Assembly: GCF_964204645.1 (NCBI RefSeq)
Contig: NC_134029.1
Span: 15,060,950-15,124,949, forward strand
DNA: 64,000 nucleotides
Reading direction: 5' to 3'
Source: Tubulanus polymorphus
Lineage: Eukaryota > Animalia > Nemertea
Part shown: in pieces, positions 35,834-48,449 of the stretch
How the letters are laid out: each line of letters opens with the position of its first letter
How positions within the stretch are numbered: position 1 is the first letter of the stretch
The notes under the pieces: model-generated
The model's input: only the letters and a program-made list of their open reading frames with translations
Told to the model about the DNA's origin: nothing
Database searches by the model: none
Translations under genes and position numbers: made by a program

Positions 35834-37415
35834 TTAATTATTTATTTTTTATCATATTCACTAACCCAAAAATAATTGCAATTACAACTGTAATTAAAAA
35901 TAAAATAATATGTTCAGCAGCAAAGTTAAGAATATTCCCAGCAGATTTTTAAACAAAACCAATTGATGCTATAACTCCGGGTAAAGCTGCAGCAGATTTT
36001 TTAGATAATTCCCGTAAACATTTTGCTAATTTTTTCAAACCATCTCTAACTTTATCTTGTATATAATTATTATTTGGAGGTGGTTTATCAGGTGGTTTAG
36101 GCCTTGGTGTAGATTTTAGTGAATTTGAAATAGCTAAACCTATTGTTGTAAATACCATAGTTACAGCTGTTAGAATTGAAAGCATTGTTATACCTTCTAA
36201 TTTAAATAATAATTTCATTCTATCTTTTAATGATAGTTTAGAATCTGGTTTTATCAACAAATCTATAAAAATAACTTTTAATCTTTTAATATTATTAGCG
36301 TATTTTTCCATTAATATATTTTTTTCTTTTTTCTGTGCTTCTAAATTATCTTTTAAATCATTAATTTCTTTTTCTAAACGAAATTATTTTAGTCTATATT
36401 CAATTTCATCAATTACTTGTTGAGCTAAATCAGACTTTAATTGTTCTATTTCTTCATTTTTATCAGTTTTTTCTTTTTCCAAATACATAATTCTTTTTTC
36501 TCTTATACTTTTATCATGCGTAATTTTATCAGCTGATATTTGTACACCTTTAATTTCTCTACGTGCTTGTTCAGGAAATGTTTCTAAATCTTCATCAGTT
36601 AAACCAAGAAATCCTTTTTCTGATAAAAGTTTCATTTGATTTGTTCTAGTACGAGATGTATCTAAAGTACTATTTATCTGTTTTTGTAAGTAATTAACTG
36701 TATCTTCGCTTTATCTAAATTAGTTCTTTCTTGTAATTGACCTGAATCATTATCAATTGGTTGAGTGTCTCTTCTCGACGTTTCTGGAGTTGAAGATCTT
36801 AATTTATCTAATCGATCTCCATACTCTTCCATTTCTGTTTCTGAATTTTTATTGATTATTTTTAATGTCATCAATTCTTTGAATAAATTCTTTTTCATTA
36901 TTATTTCTTTCTTCTTGTTTAACATCAGTTATTTCATTACTATTACTTATTCTTTTAATTCTAAATGTTTCTAAATTTTTCAAAGTTGATTCTGCTAATA
37001 TTTTATTTAGTCTTGTCCTTTGATTAGTGATATCAATATAATAATCCCCATCCAAATGATAATAATATTTACCGTTTAAAAGTTTTAAATTTCCTACTAA
37101 ATGTTCAGCATCTCTATCATTTATATTATACCCAGATCTTTCAAATACAGGTTTGAATATATAAATATATTCATTATAATCTAAACTTTTTTTCACTAAA
37201 TCTGGATTTACATTTTCGGGATTTATTCTCTGTTCAGCATTTCTATCAAATTCATCGGTTGATGGGGCTTTAGAACCACTATTTGTTAAATCAGAATTAT
37301 ATGCTGTTTCATTATCATTATCAAGATTAGTATCATTGAATACAGGTTGTGGTTCATCAGGTATACCAGGGTCATCGAAAGGATCCATTGGAATATCTTC
37401 TCCGACTTCTGCCAT
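35834..37415 (-). pseudogene. Conserved adintovirus-type coiled-coil protein with an amphipathic/hydrophobic C-terminus
   Basis: ORF pieces 36849-37415, 36674-36925, 36384-36635 and 35949-36311; LKDRMKLLFKLEGITMLSILTA..GLKKLA..KSAAALPGVIASI. Confidence 0.7.
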
Positions 37416-37433
37416 TTACATAATAAAGAAAAT

Positions 37434-38732
37434 TAAAATTTAAAATATAATATTCCTCCTATTACAATTCCTATACAAGTTATAGCTAATTTAGTATTTT
37501 CATGTGATTTAATATCATTATTAGTTTTAATTATATCATGTTGAATAATATCAGTTTTTATATTTTCTGATGTATTGTAATCTTTTATTTTAGAATCATT
37601 ATCCAATCTAATATTCTTAGTTTAAGTTTCTGTTGATTGAATATGTTTTTTTAGTTAGTTTTAGAATAATTTAATTCAGTAATAATTTTTTTTTATTTAT
37701 ATCATTCAATCCAAATGAATTATTTACTGTTGCAGTTTTAATTAGATTATTATAACCAATTATATTTCCCATTTTAAATATTAAATCATTTGAAATAATT
37801 TATAAATTAGGACCTATACAATAATTTAATCTAATATGTGATTTATCTAAATAATTTTGATATCTTACTATATTTTCTGGAATCGATCTATTTTTATCAT
37901 TATGAATGGAATCTTCAAATAAAACTTTAAATTGTTTCTGTGCGTCAAATGAAGGATTGTTATTCCCAACTATTGGTGATCTTGTTTCAACTTGTGCACC
38001 TAAAATACAAATTAAATAAATTCTTATAGATTGATTTATTCTTTGTATTTCAGACTTGGAAAAACCTTCACTATTTTCTAAAATAAAATAAACCCATCCA
38101 TTATTATTATCAATTTTTTAATTATGATAAGCTCCAACTCTATGCATATCATCAATTCTTTTTATTTCAAACTGCTCACCGACACCATGTAATTTACCAT
38201 GTGCTCTAAAATCGGAATTAATATCTCTTTTAAATTCATTACATATTTTATAAAACTTAGAAAGATTGATATTATTATCCAATTCTTTAAAATATTTCGA
38301 TCCGGGTAAAGGACATTTTAATTCGTTTAATATAATTCTTATTTGAAAATACGTGTGAAATCTAAATATTTTATGAATTAATTCTAAATCAGAATAATTT
38401 AGATTTTTATCTAACTTATTAAGGTGATTGTTCCAACTTATACGACATCCTGTTGTTGCACAATAAACAGCAAAATTTAATTGATTCTGCCTATATTTCA
38501 TATTAGATTTTATTTTATATATATTATATTCATCTCGAGTAAAAGTAACTTCAAATGTATTAAATATATTTTCCATTCTAGAAATAAAAAACTTTGTTTC
38601 AGTAACATAAATTTCTAAATTAATTAATGAATTTAAAACTAATTTTTTATATGGAATATCTTTATTAAAATCTATTGCTGGAATATTATATTTAATTGAT
38701 TTATTATATTGGAAAGCTTTTGGAAACCCCAT
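37434..38732 (-). pseudogene. Conserved Polinton protein of unknown function with C-terminal TM
   Basis: QNQLNFAVYCATTGC.IS..HL..FRFHTYFQIR.IL.EL..PLP..ICNEF; later ILGAQVETRSPIVG and a terminal hydrophobic helix. Confidence 0.7.
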
Positions 38733-38747
38733 TAATGCAATAAAAAA

Positions 38748-39156
38748 TTAATAATTAATTAATTCTTTTGATAATTTATCTTGTTCTTCAACTGTTATAT
38801 TACCATTTAAACTTAATATATAATCTAATGTATTTTTTAATTTATTAATTTCTTTTATATTAGATTTTATTTTTTCTTTATGACCTTTTATATTTAATTT
38901 TGAACTTATTCCGGTTAAAACACTTGAACTTAAACCTAGCACACCAATTGATATAGCTAAAGGTGTTAATGGACTGAATATTGCTAAAAATGTTATCACC
39001 GAACTAATTGTAACTGAACCCCTAATAATAAAATAATATATAATTTTGTTAATAAACATTTTCAAATTCTAATATTTGTTTTTCAAAATATAATTTTAAT
39101 TTAGTTTTACTGATATCATGAGGAATAATATCAACATTATCAACTTTATCATCCAT
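38748..39156 (-). pseudogene. Small Polinton membrane/coiled-coil protein
   Basis: ORF 38748-39065 with two hydrophobic segments; upstream ATG at 39156 is frameshifted. Confidence 0.55.
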
Positions 39157-39278
39157 TTATTTAGAAAAAAATTACTAATTAGTAAATTTATATGCAAAAA
39201 ATATAACAATAACTGTTCCACCTAAAATCCATATTATTTCATATTTCTGTTGTTCATTACTTGGGGTATAATAATCAG

Positions 39279-40171
39279 GGGCCAGTTTCACAAAGCGTAA
39301 TTAACCCTTAATTATGATTAAATCACTAATCATGATTAAATTATCATGATTTAATCAAGTTAGGTGTTTCACAAAACGTAATTAACTTTAATTATAATTA
39401 AGTTAATTACAAAATTTAATTCTCCTCTAGAGTGTAATTAAACCATTTAATCATCATTAGTTTATTATTAAAAACAAAAAGGTGCAGATATTATTCATGG
39501 AATTTGGTGTTTATTAATTGATGACGGCAATTCCTACACTTATTCAGTTTTTCAGATTGTTTGGCTCAAATAATTTGGATTTTTTGCCTTTTGTAAAATG
39601 TCAATACTGTAAATTCTATTGATTTATTTTCAAACGTCCTTTTGTTTTTGTCAGCACGACCACCACATACTTAGAAGTATGGAATTAATTGATTTTGTCC
39701 ATACATATGATAGATTTCTGTCAGTAGAGTACATATCTATGGAGTAAGTGTTAAAAAGTGCTAATCACTGCTCGGAAATAAACCCCATTTACGAGGATTT
39801 TATTTTGCTGACTGGAGGTGAGTTTCTATTTAAAAACTTTTGAGACATCTTGCTAAGTTTTTCCACTGGTTCCTGAGACCTTTCACAGCAATCTTTAACT
39901 CCCAAAGGAGTGAATTTCTCTTTTCCTCTAAACAAGGAAGGTTGTTCCTGTTGTTGATGCTTGGACAGCAAATGGCTGTCTAAAGTTCCGCCATTTTGAT
40001 ACAGTTAAATTGTAATTAAGTTGCCTAATTATGTAATTAGTTAATTTTGTAATTAAACCCTTTCGTGAAACCGAATTTTAATCGTAATTAACTAATCATG
40101 ATTAAGGATATTTAATCATGATTTAGGTCCTAATTATAATTAAAGTTGATTATGCTTTGTGAAACCGGCCT
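39279..40171. mobile_element. Non-autonomous PIF/Harbinger element
   Basis: TIR GGGCCAGTTTCACAAAGCGTAATTAAC / GTTGATTATGCTTTGTGAAACCGGCCT; CAG/CTG (CWG) 3-bp target; TAATTA-rich subterminal repeats. Confidence 0.85.
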
Positions 40172-40202
40172 CTGATAATTTAGGTTTATATAGATGTAAT
40201 TT

Positions 40203-41367
40203 TTTGACGCCTTATAAAACGTTACCATTATGAAACCTAAACAATGCTAACCATTCAGCGTCATTTTACAAACGACAGCCGTAAATCGATGTGCAAAACG
40301 TCACAGGTTTATGTGTACACAAACAAGCTATCTGGCAAAATATTATTGACATAGATATAGAATGGCTTCCTGTGATTATATAATGACCTATATTTGAACG
40401 TCGAAATGTTATATTGCATTGAATATCATTAGAAGACGTTTTGTAATAGTAAAGGATGTATGATTATATCAGAAGCGGCAGGCATAAATAGAAATGATAA
40501 GTAAATCGGATTATTCGGTTAAATGGCGGATGTATACACGATGCGGAAGTCTGATATAAAAGTCAGACCCTGACGTGGGCATGCCGGTGGAATGACGAAG
40601 CTATCTACGATGTGTGTAGGGCAGGCGTGAATTTCATCAGCGGCTACAAGCGGTCAATATGAAAATGTGTAAACATATAATTTCAATATTCAATCGTTTG
40701 TGAAAATATGTTTGATATTAGGAGTATGCAAGTTTCGTGAGTTTAGCAATTTATAATAGCATAGCTGTCATATACGGCTCCGTGTCTTCTGATGGCATGT
40801 GTATTAGGTGACAATTCAATTCAATTCTTTATTGATCCTTATTACATTGAAATTCCGGGATAAAATTCCCAAATTCAATAAATACAAATTTTAAAATAAA
40901 TTAATACAACATACATGACACACGGGTAATTCATACAGAACAACATAAGCATGTTATTTTAAATGACAATGTCTACTTCAACCCACCCAGACTCAAGACT
41001 CTAGGAAATCGAGTGACAGCCAAACGCGTGGCCCGGGCCCGGGGACCGGGCCGGCTGGCTAGGCCACACGATATGTTCGAAGTCATGATGAAGCAGACAT
41101 CAGAAGAGCTCTTTCTTCATCCATGGAGGCAATGAAGTTGCAGACCAGCTTAGAGGCATAAGTAAATGAAGTCGGTCGCAAGTTCGCGATCAATTATTGA
41201 GAATTTTCAATAAAAAAATTTAAACCACTACTAGAGTCGAAGACCTGTATCATCTACCCAATCGCCAAATCTCATCATTCCCCAAATTTATTAAAACTTC
41301 GATTTCAAATTTGCAATTCCACATTAGCTTAGCCCAGAAATTCTACATTTTTTTCCCAGGCGTCAAA
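40203..41367. mobile_element. Unclassified insertion with 10-bp inverted ends, containing a LINE 3' tail
   Basis: TTTGACGCCT ... AGGCGTCAAA; GC content shifts relative to the Polinton; (CAATT)n plus TTTATT at ~40812-40832 is a minus-strand LINE tail. Confidence 0.55.
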
Positions 41368-41699
41368 TTATTTTCTAAAATTAATTTTCTTGTTCTTTAT
41401 TTGTTACTGCATTATATAAACTCATAGCTTCATCAACTGATTGAAAATCTATATGTGAAATTTTCTGATCATATAGTTCTTTGTTAAAATACAATCCATA
41501 TAATTTTGTTTCTTTTCTCTGTATTCTTCTGCTGCTTTATTTTATTTTTCTAATGCTAAATTATGTCTTTTTTATTCTGATAAAGAGCCATTTTTATCAA
41601 TATGCTTAAATAAATAACCACACCCTGTAAATTCTAAAGCGTTAACAATTGCCGATCCTACAATAGTTATAATTGCAGAAGCCATTTATTTGATAAAAA

Positions 41700-41927
41700 T
41701 TACCCATCTATAGGAGGAATATATTTTTGTTTTTATAAATAATCAATTGTTTAATTAGATAAAGTAACTGCTAACGTTAATTTTAAAATATCATTGATAT
41801 CAAATCTATCAACATTAATAATTCCCATTCTGAATACTTTTTTTAACACCATTGTATAACCAACAGTTCCAACTGATAGTAATACTCCATTATATAATCC
41901 ATTTATTATCCACTTACTATCACTCAT
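41700..41927 (-). pseudogene. Small amphipathic adintovirus-type protein
   Basis: MSDSKWINNGLYNGVLLSVGTVGYTMVLKKVF..FDINDILKL..DYL..KYIP with two stops. Confidence 0.65.
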
Positions 41928-42340
41928 TTATTTATCAAAAAAATTATTATCTTCAAAATATTTAGTTATCTTATTTATGATATCAATTATATATGATATT
42001 TATATATTAAATATTTAGTTATCAACATTTATTTCATTACTACTTTTATGATTATGATATATTTCAGTTATTATTTTTGTAATATCATCAATAATGAAAT
42101 CTTCATCTAATTCATAAAATCTTAAAGATTCTCTAATTAAATCAGTAATCTTTTCTACATTAAAAGTTTCTTTATTCATTGTTGTTTCATATTCAAATGT
42201 TGTTTCATTAAAAAATGCAATATTTTATAATATGAGTTATTACATCATTAATGTTAAATTTCATTTCTTTCTCACGTTTAAAATCAAATCCAAAACATAT
42301 ACTCGTTCCTACTGTTATATTCATTTATATAGTGAAAAAA

Positions 42341-43095
42341 TTATTCTTTACATCTTATAACTAATTCATAAATTACAGGAAAGTTATTCAAATCAATTAA
42401 GTATCCATTATGATTTCTTATTTCTAACTTAAAATTATTAAATTTTGGAATACGAGGTTTAAAATCACATTCAGCTAAATTATAATTTGTTTGAGTTCCA
42501 AATTGTTTAACATTTTTAATGGTAAAATATTTAATATACTAGAATTACAAATTGTATCTTTAGTTGCTTCAAATGTCTTTGTAGGATTAATCAAATTGCA
42601 ATAAATATAAACATGTGTAAAAGGTATTAAATTTGAGCTACCTTCTGCGTTTCCAGTAACAATATGCGGTTTATTTCCTAAAATTTTAGCTATTGGTTTG
42701 TTTACCATAAATTTTTTTTGTTCAGTAGCTAACTTTATTCTTGTTTTATAAGAACTATCAATTTTAATAAATTTAATTCCAAATTCAGCAGTACTCCCGA
42801 TTTTCAACCGAACTCTTCTGTTAATTTCCTGTTTTAATGTATCTAAATTATATAATCTTGGTTTTAAAAATAGATGAAACCATTTATTTTTATTTCTCAT
42901 ATAAATTGCAAAACCTCTATATTCGAAAGTTTTATGCGATATATTATAAAAAGAATTACATAAACTTACATTTACTAATTTAAAATCAACACAATTCTTA
43001 AATTCTCTATCTAATTGTACTAGTAAATTATGAGATTTAGAATTTAATAGTTTTCTAGAATCAACAAATATTCTATATTCTTTTAATTCTACCAT
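42341..43095 (-). pseudogene. Minor capsid protein (penton-like)
   Basis: RIFVDSR..VQLDR..KLVNVSLCNSFYNI, LYNLDTLKQEI, HVYIYCNLI, SSILNILP, then frameshifted KLEIRNHNGYLIDLNNFPVIYEL. Confidence 0.75.
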
Positions 43096-43109
43096 TTATT
43101 TTACATATT

Positions 43110-43463
43110 CTATTCGAAATTTATATCATGGTGACCTTTTTCATTCTTACCTTTGTATATGAAATAGAAATCACCTGAACATAATTCTTCTAGATCTTCA
43201 CTAGATAATCTATGAAATCTATCTGGTAAATATGTTCTGAATTTATATTTATTTCCTTTCAATCCTTCATATTCTAAGTGGATAACTAATTTATCTCCAT
43301 AATTATTAGTAATTGTTTCAATATTTGTAATTAAATATTTCTCATGAATTGTTAGTTCAATTAACTTCTTAAATTTATAATCTACTGATTTAGCATTTGT
43401 GATATCTTTTATTCTATCTAGAAATGATTTGTTGTTCTCACTGTGTACTTGTTTACTCTCCAT
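43110..43463 (-). CDS. 117-aa TIR-encoded protein of unknown function (intact copy)
   Basis: Intact ORF inside the right TIR; homologues at 13577-13930 and 51083-51423. Confidence 0.8.
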   Translation of the reverse strand: MESKQVHSENNKSFLDRIKDITNAKSVDYKFKKLIELTIHEKYLITNIETITNNYGDKLVIHLEYEGLKGNKYKFRTYLPDRFHRLSSEDLEELCSGDFYFIYKGKNEKGHHDINFE

Positions 43464-43540
43464 TTTAATTACATATTTTTTTGTTAAAATTGATTTAAGT
43501 TATTCATTTATATATGTTATTCATATATATGAATATTATT

Positions 43541-43692
43541 AGGAGTAATTGGGAATATGGGGGTTCATACCAAAGGTTGAAGGGGCGAGTGAGTAAAAAA
43601 TAAAAATAAATTCGTGCGAGAATTTATTTTTATTTTTTACGAGCTCGACCCTTCGACCTTTGGTATGAACCCCCATATTCCCAATTACTCCT
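43541..43692. repeat. Terminal ~150-nt hairpin of the right Polinton TIR
   Basis: AGGAGTAATTGGGAATATGGGGGTTCATACCAAAGG...CCTTTGGTATGAACCCCCATATTCCCAATTACTCCT. Confidence 0.92.
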
Positions 43693-43962
43693 ATACATGT
43701 TACATACAAAATAGGGATGGATGTCTCACATTCCCAAATCACACTGCAAGTTTCTTGAAAATCCATCGACAATAGGCCGTGTCATATGAAAGAGGTTAAT
43801 AGAGATTGCCAACCTGGTGGCCAATGATTAAGAGAGGTCATTTGAAAGGCTGAATCCAAGAACATGTCTATCGCACTTCTGAGCCCAAACGTCTACTTTT
43901 ACTTAGTAGCCACTTGAGAACAATAAGCAATTAACGATATCAGCTACTTTTCCAGTAGTATA

Positions 43963-44318
43963 CATTTCAAAACAGTCACTCTGAAATAGTATTCCTTTCT
44001 GTCACGTATCACTGCAAATCTTTAACAGATGCTGCTATTTTGAACAGGAAATTACCGTGCCATCTCAAACTGGTCACTTTTCAATAGTTGACTTTGAGAA
44101 ACGATGTGTTTTGAGAGTAGCTGCTATAGTAGGAGTTACTATCACAAAGTCATTGTTAACAGGCGGGTGGTTTTACAGTCACCTCTAATGCTAGTGTGCA
44201 CTATCGAAACCAGATGTTTTAAAATGGTCACTTTTCAATAGTAGACTCTTCACACAGCTACTATAGAAAACCAACCGAATTGAAAGGAATACTATTTCAG
44301 AGTGACAGTTTTGAAATG
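43963..44318. mobile_element. MITE with ~37-bp TIRs and TA target
   Basis: TA|CATTTCAAAACAGTCACTCTGAAATAGTATTCCTTTC ... GAAAGGAATACTATTTCAGAGTGACAGTTTTGAAATG|TA. Confidence 0.8.
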
Positions 44319-44528
44319 TATACTCTCGTATCTTCTCGTGAGGTGCACCTTCCAGTCACAATCAATAGTTTAACAGCTGTACTTGTGTAATTCACGGGCA
44401 CTTAAATGTGGGTTCCCCGCCATCTGTTATCGGCTGGTTGCTGTATCGACAAGCTGGCTGAGGAACTAGCGTTTACACCAGCGGTACAGGAATCCATCCA
44501 TCAGGAACAACAAGTCAGTTAAACCTTA

Positions 44529-44749
44529 GGCTAAAAAAATTGGTTCCTTGTTTCTCCGCTCTTCTCAGCTTAAAAGTTGAACGTGTCGGCCGCATATCTA
44601 CCCTGTACATTACTTTTTTTTAAAAATCGTGATCAATTTACCATAACAGACCCTGCCACTATAGAAATGAACTGTTTACACAATTTATCATATTTTACAA
44701 AAATAACCCGGCCGCCTGCGGAGAAACAATGTTTTATTATTGTTTAGCC
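44529..44749. mobile_element. Small MITE, Zator-like ends
   Basis: TTA|GGCTAAA..TTGTTTCTCCGC ... GCGGAGAAACAA..TTTAGCC. Confidence 0.55.
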
Positions 44750-44950
44750 TTTTATGTACAATCTTTATTACATCTCATATTGAATGAGAATGATTATCAT
44801 AACTTTACATAATCTTATGTTATTAGAACTATCACTTTTAATAAATTTAATTTGAAACTTACCAGATGCACCAATTTATTTTAAACGAGGCCTTTTATTA
44901 ACCTCATACATATGATATATATGATATTCATAGATATGGAATTATTAGAG

Positions 44951-45043
44951 TAATAGGGTTTTTACATTTTCAGATTAAAGGGAGAGAGGTTGAGTGGAGC
45001 TCTACCTCTCGACCTTTGTTCTGAAAACGTAAAAACCCTATTA
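44951..45043. repeat. Palindromic hairpin element
   Basis: TAATAGGGTTTTTACATTTTCAGA..AAAGG..GAGAGGT..ACCTCTC.ACCTTT..TCTGAAAACGTAAAAACCCTATTA. Confidence 0.75.
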
Positions 45044-45738
45044 ATAGCCAGACCCTGTCAGTGAATCTCCTCGTTCCGATCCAACCGGTGAATTACCCTG
45101 AGCCCGGCCTACCTTTTGAAATTGAAACCAAGAACTAATCACCCTTAAAAAATTCTAGAAATTCATGCATTCAACGGGTCGGTTTCGTTCAAAGTCATCT
45201 CACTGTGCACCAAGTTTGCAAAACACCGTAGTTCCTCCACCCACGAGGTTTTCCATTGGCTCGATTAAAATCGCGTTGCAATGCCGCTTGTCAGTGTATT
45301 CGTCGATAAAACTAATTGGTATAATTGCTTTACCGGCTACAATCGACCTATAATATAATCATTCGACGATCGCAGCTATATCGGGATTTTCGACGAGATA
45401 AATTGGATAACGCGTTAGGAATATTGGCATATGCGAGTGGTATCTCAAAACCACAAATCAAACAACACCAAATTCACCTTTTACTTAACTCTCACCACAA
45501 ATTAAAACCATCTAACTTGATGCCATTTTAGTTGAGCCCACAACGGCTTTGAGTCGCATTCAACAATTTAGACTTTGAAAAAAGTACTGTTCGGCAAATG
45601 TTTCTATTTATCTTATTTCAGCTTAACGTTCGAGGCAACATTTATTGTAGAAAGAATGTCGAAATACGTAGCAAAAAGGACTAATGAAATACGTTATATT
45701 TCAAAACACATATTGAATTATTTTTTTTATATTTGTAG

Positions 45739-45824
45739 TCCTAATATATGTGGGTATCCGCCGCATCACACAGATTGTTGCCCTGGTTGGACATTGAACC
45801 GTGACCAAAACAAGTGCACTGTTC
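45739..45824 (+). CDS. Isolated host exon encoding a fibrillin N-terminal (FUN)/EMI-like Cys motif
   Basis: Polypyrimidine tract + TGTAG| T CCT AAT...: PNICGYPPHHTDCCPGWTLNRDQNKCTV C|GTGAGT. Phase 2/1 boundaries and PNxCG..CCPGW..C.V pattern as in fibrillins. Confidence 0.75.
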
Positions 45825-46059
45825 GTGAGTAATTGATTAATATATTATTTCTTTTGATTGCTTAATCAAATTTATTGACAATATGACGTAAACATTGGTT
45901 CGTATTATCTTTCTGACTGATGCAGATCTTGTAAAAAGTCAATCAGATTCATTTTTTGGGCCGCTTTCTCACACACAAAGTTCAAACACTGTGCATGTAG
46001 GAACGAAATTGATAAAAATATTCCGTGACCAGGAGATATAATGAAATCACGTTCGTGTC

Positions 46060-47262
46060 ACAGGTGTATCTATAACTATGTACTAAAACGAAGACCTATG
46101 CACTTTGCGATACTAAAACTATGAATTACTAAAGTGAACACCGAAGACCTATGCACTCATTAGAAATCGTCGCTAAAATAGGGGCGCTATCTGTGTATTC
46201 TACCACCTCTGTTGATGTGTGTAGGAAATACCAGATAAAAACAAACACATATAACACGTAAAATGGTCGGTTTACGCGGGTGCATATGTCTTCGTTTTAA
46301 AAGTGCTTTGTTTTAATAACACCCACCCAGGCAAAACTAAAACCGCATGACTAAAACGAAGACCGAACACCTATGCAATCATTACAAACCAAACTTGGAA
46401 TTATCTATGTACGAAGCTTCATTTACGACCATCCTAAGTGTGTGATTTTATATATATTCGATTTCACTGGTAAATAAACTGTCATCATACTATGTTGTTG
46501 TGACTAATACATTATTTCCACCAATAAATAATTTCATTCTCCCATCCGACTTGAGGTATTTCATAGTTTTGCCAAAAAAATTTCAACAAACATCTGAATC
46601 GAACGGTTATCCGGCTTGATCGGATCCTGATCGAGTGCAGTCTACTGTAGTGCGTAAACTGCCACCATACTACGTTGATGTGACTAATAGATTAACATTT
46701 ACGGATTAACAAAAATAAACTGGTGTGCATAGGTTTTCGGTCTTCGTTTTAGTAGTGCTTTGTTTTAGTAACGACCACACAAGCAAAACTAAAACTGTGC
46801 ACGACTAAAACGAAGACCCAACACCATCTACTTCCACAGAACGAACTTCAAAAATGGAATTATTGGAAAATTCATTTTTTTCATGTGCGATTTTATTATA
46901 TTCGATTTTAATGGTACATAAACTGTCATCATTAAACTACGTTGTATCTAGTACTGTATTTTCAACAATGAATGTTTTTACTCTAGCTCAATACACTAGA
47001 CCCCGCTTGAGCCGCATCTTATCTTTGGACCGTAATGATATGAACGACTTGAGTGATATCAGAGTTGGATGTTATGTATTTCTGTTAGTTACGTCAAATT
47101 TTTCAACAAACATCTGAATCGAACGGTTATCCGGAATGATCGAGCGAAGTCCACTGTAGTAACCACATTATACTACGTTATTGCGACTAATAAATTACCA
47201 GGCATCAAAAAATTTAAACATAGGTCAACTGAAGTGCATAGGTCTTCGTTTTTACTTACTAT
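46060..47262. mobile_element. Non-autonomous DNA element with repeated ACTAAAACGAAGACC subterminal motifs and an internal duplication
   Basis: Motif in both orientations (46082, 46349, 46740, 46804, 47240); ~46400-46700 resembles ~46855-47195. Confidence 0.6.
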
Positions 47263-48449
47263 AGGAAAATTTTTATGAATATCGAATGAAAAATGAATTC
47301 AAATGAAGTTACGAGATATAATTTGATAGTTTCTTACCATGATATTTGGCTTATCATTCAGTCAATAAACATTTGTAAAATTCCGACTACAGTACAACTC
47401 CAGCCGACAACTGATTTCATATTAAAAGAACCAGCTGGTCACTTATATACAGAACGATTGAATGGGGTTCGCTTATAGTTCTATGTCACAATATGCGGTG
47501 TAACCGGTTTACACCGGCAAAAACCATGTATCTGATTGGCTATAGATATCGACCGGGGGGGGGGGGGCGTTAACCTGAGCGTTAACCTAGCGTTAACCTG
47601 TCCGCCCAAGAAATTTTGGGCGATGTAATAGATCAATGAAGGGTTTGCGGCGTGAGCTCCGGCCGGTGGCAATCAAACCCTGGCATGCAAGGATGCACTA
47701 GCCAGAGTGTCCAGCTAAATGTGCGGTTTTGATAATGTCATAATTAGCCACATCATCACCCGTCAAGGGATTCGAACCCACTACGCCAAATCCTTTCTCC
47801 GAACCCCTTGACCCCACGAGTCGTTGGAGTCGTTACTAGCCGAAGAGAATCCGGTCGTACCAATCACAACGCTTGTAACAAACGACTGTTGGCTTCTGTT
47901 GGTTTCCCCGTTAAAAAGGACCAATCAGCGAATGTTTTACCGGACAAGGAAGTATTTCACAAATCGATATATGACGTTATGCGCGAAAGCGCCGGTAATG
48001 AAATCATGCATCGTGAGGCCAGGGGGCTGGTGGAAGCGAGTTCGGGAGAAATAAAATATCCCGTTATATTTTATCTAGCCTGGGTTCCATTAATAGTTTT
48101 TCCGTGAAATTTTCCTCAGTGGCAATCTGATTGATGCCACAAGTACCTGCGTACTCAGCCTACTGCGGCACGGTTTCGTGCTATGGCCTAGCGATGCCAT
48201 CAGGTTCAGATCCACGCCAAGAAGGGTGGAGATCATCTACGAAACTGTCCTCGTTTAGAACATCGACTGTATATCCTTAGATGACACTATCGTGAGCATC
48301 CTTGCTTACCAGCAAACGACAACACTTACCCTAGCTGCAAACAGTAGCATTGCCCAAAATATATTTGGCGGGCAGGCTGCTGCTAAGCGCTCACCAGTCT
48401 TTGAGTAAAGCATATCTGCCGAATAACACATAGTAGCGAAAAAAATCCT

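Larger units (their letters stand above)
39175..41685 (-). pseudogene. Adintovirus-type small virion-protein gene split by two insertions
   Basis: MASAIITIVGSAIVNALEFTGCGYLF..KRHNLALE (41685-41365), then LYKPKLS|DYYTPSNEQQKYEIIWILGG (40200-40172 and 39278-39175). Confidence 0.7.

Noticed and set aside
43539-43772. 77-aa ORF over the right Polinton end (and 13420-13641 at the left)
   Set aside because: Chance frames across the hairpin and the flank junction.
47750-47800. Minus-strand B-box GGTTCGAATCC as a tRNA or SINE
   Set aside because: No convincing A box, cloverleaf or tail; left uncalled.
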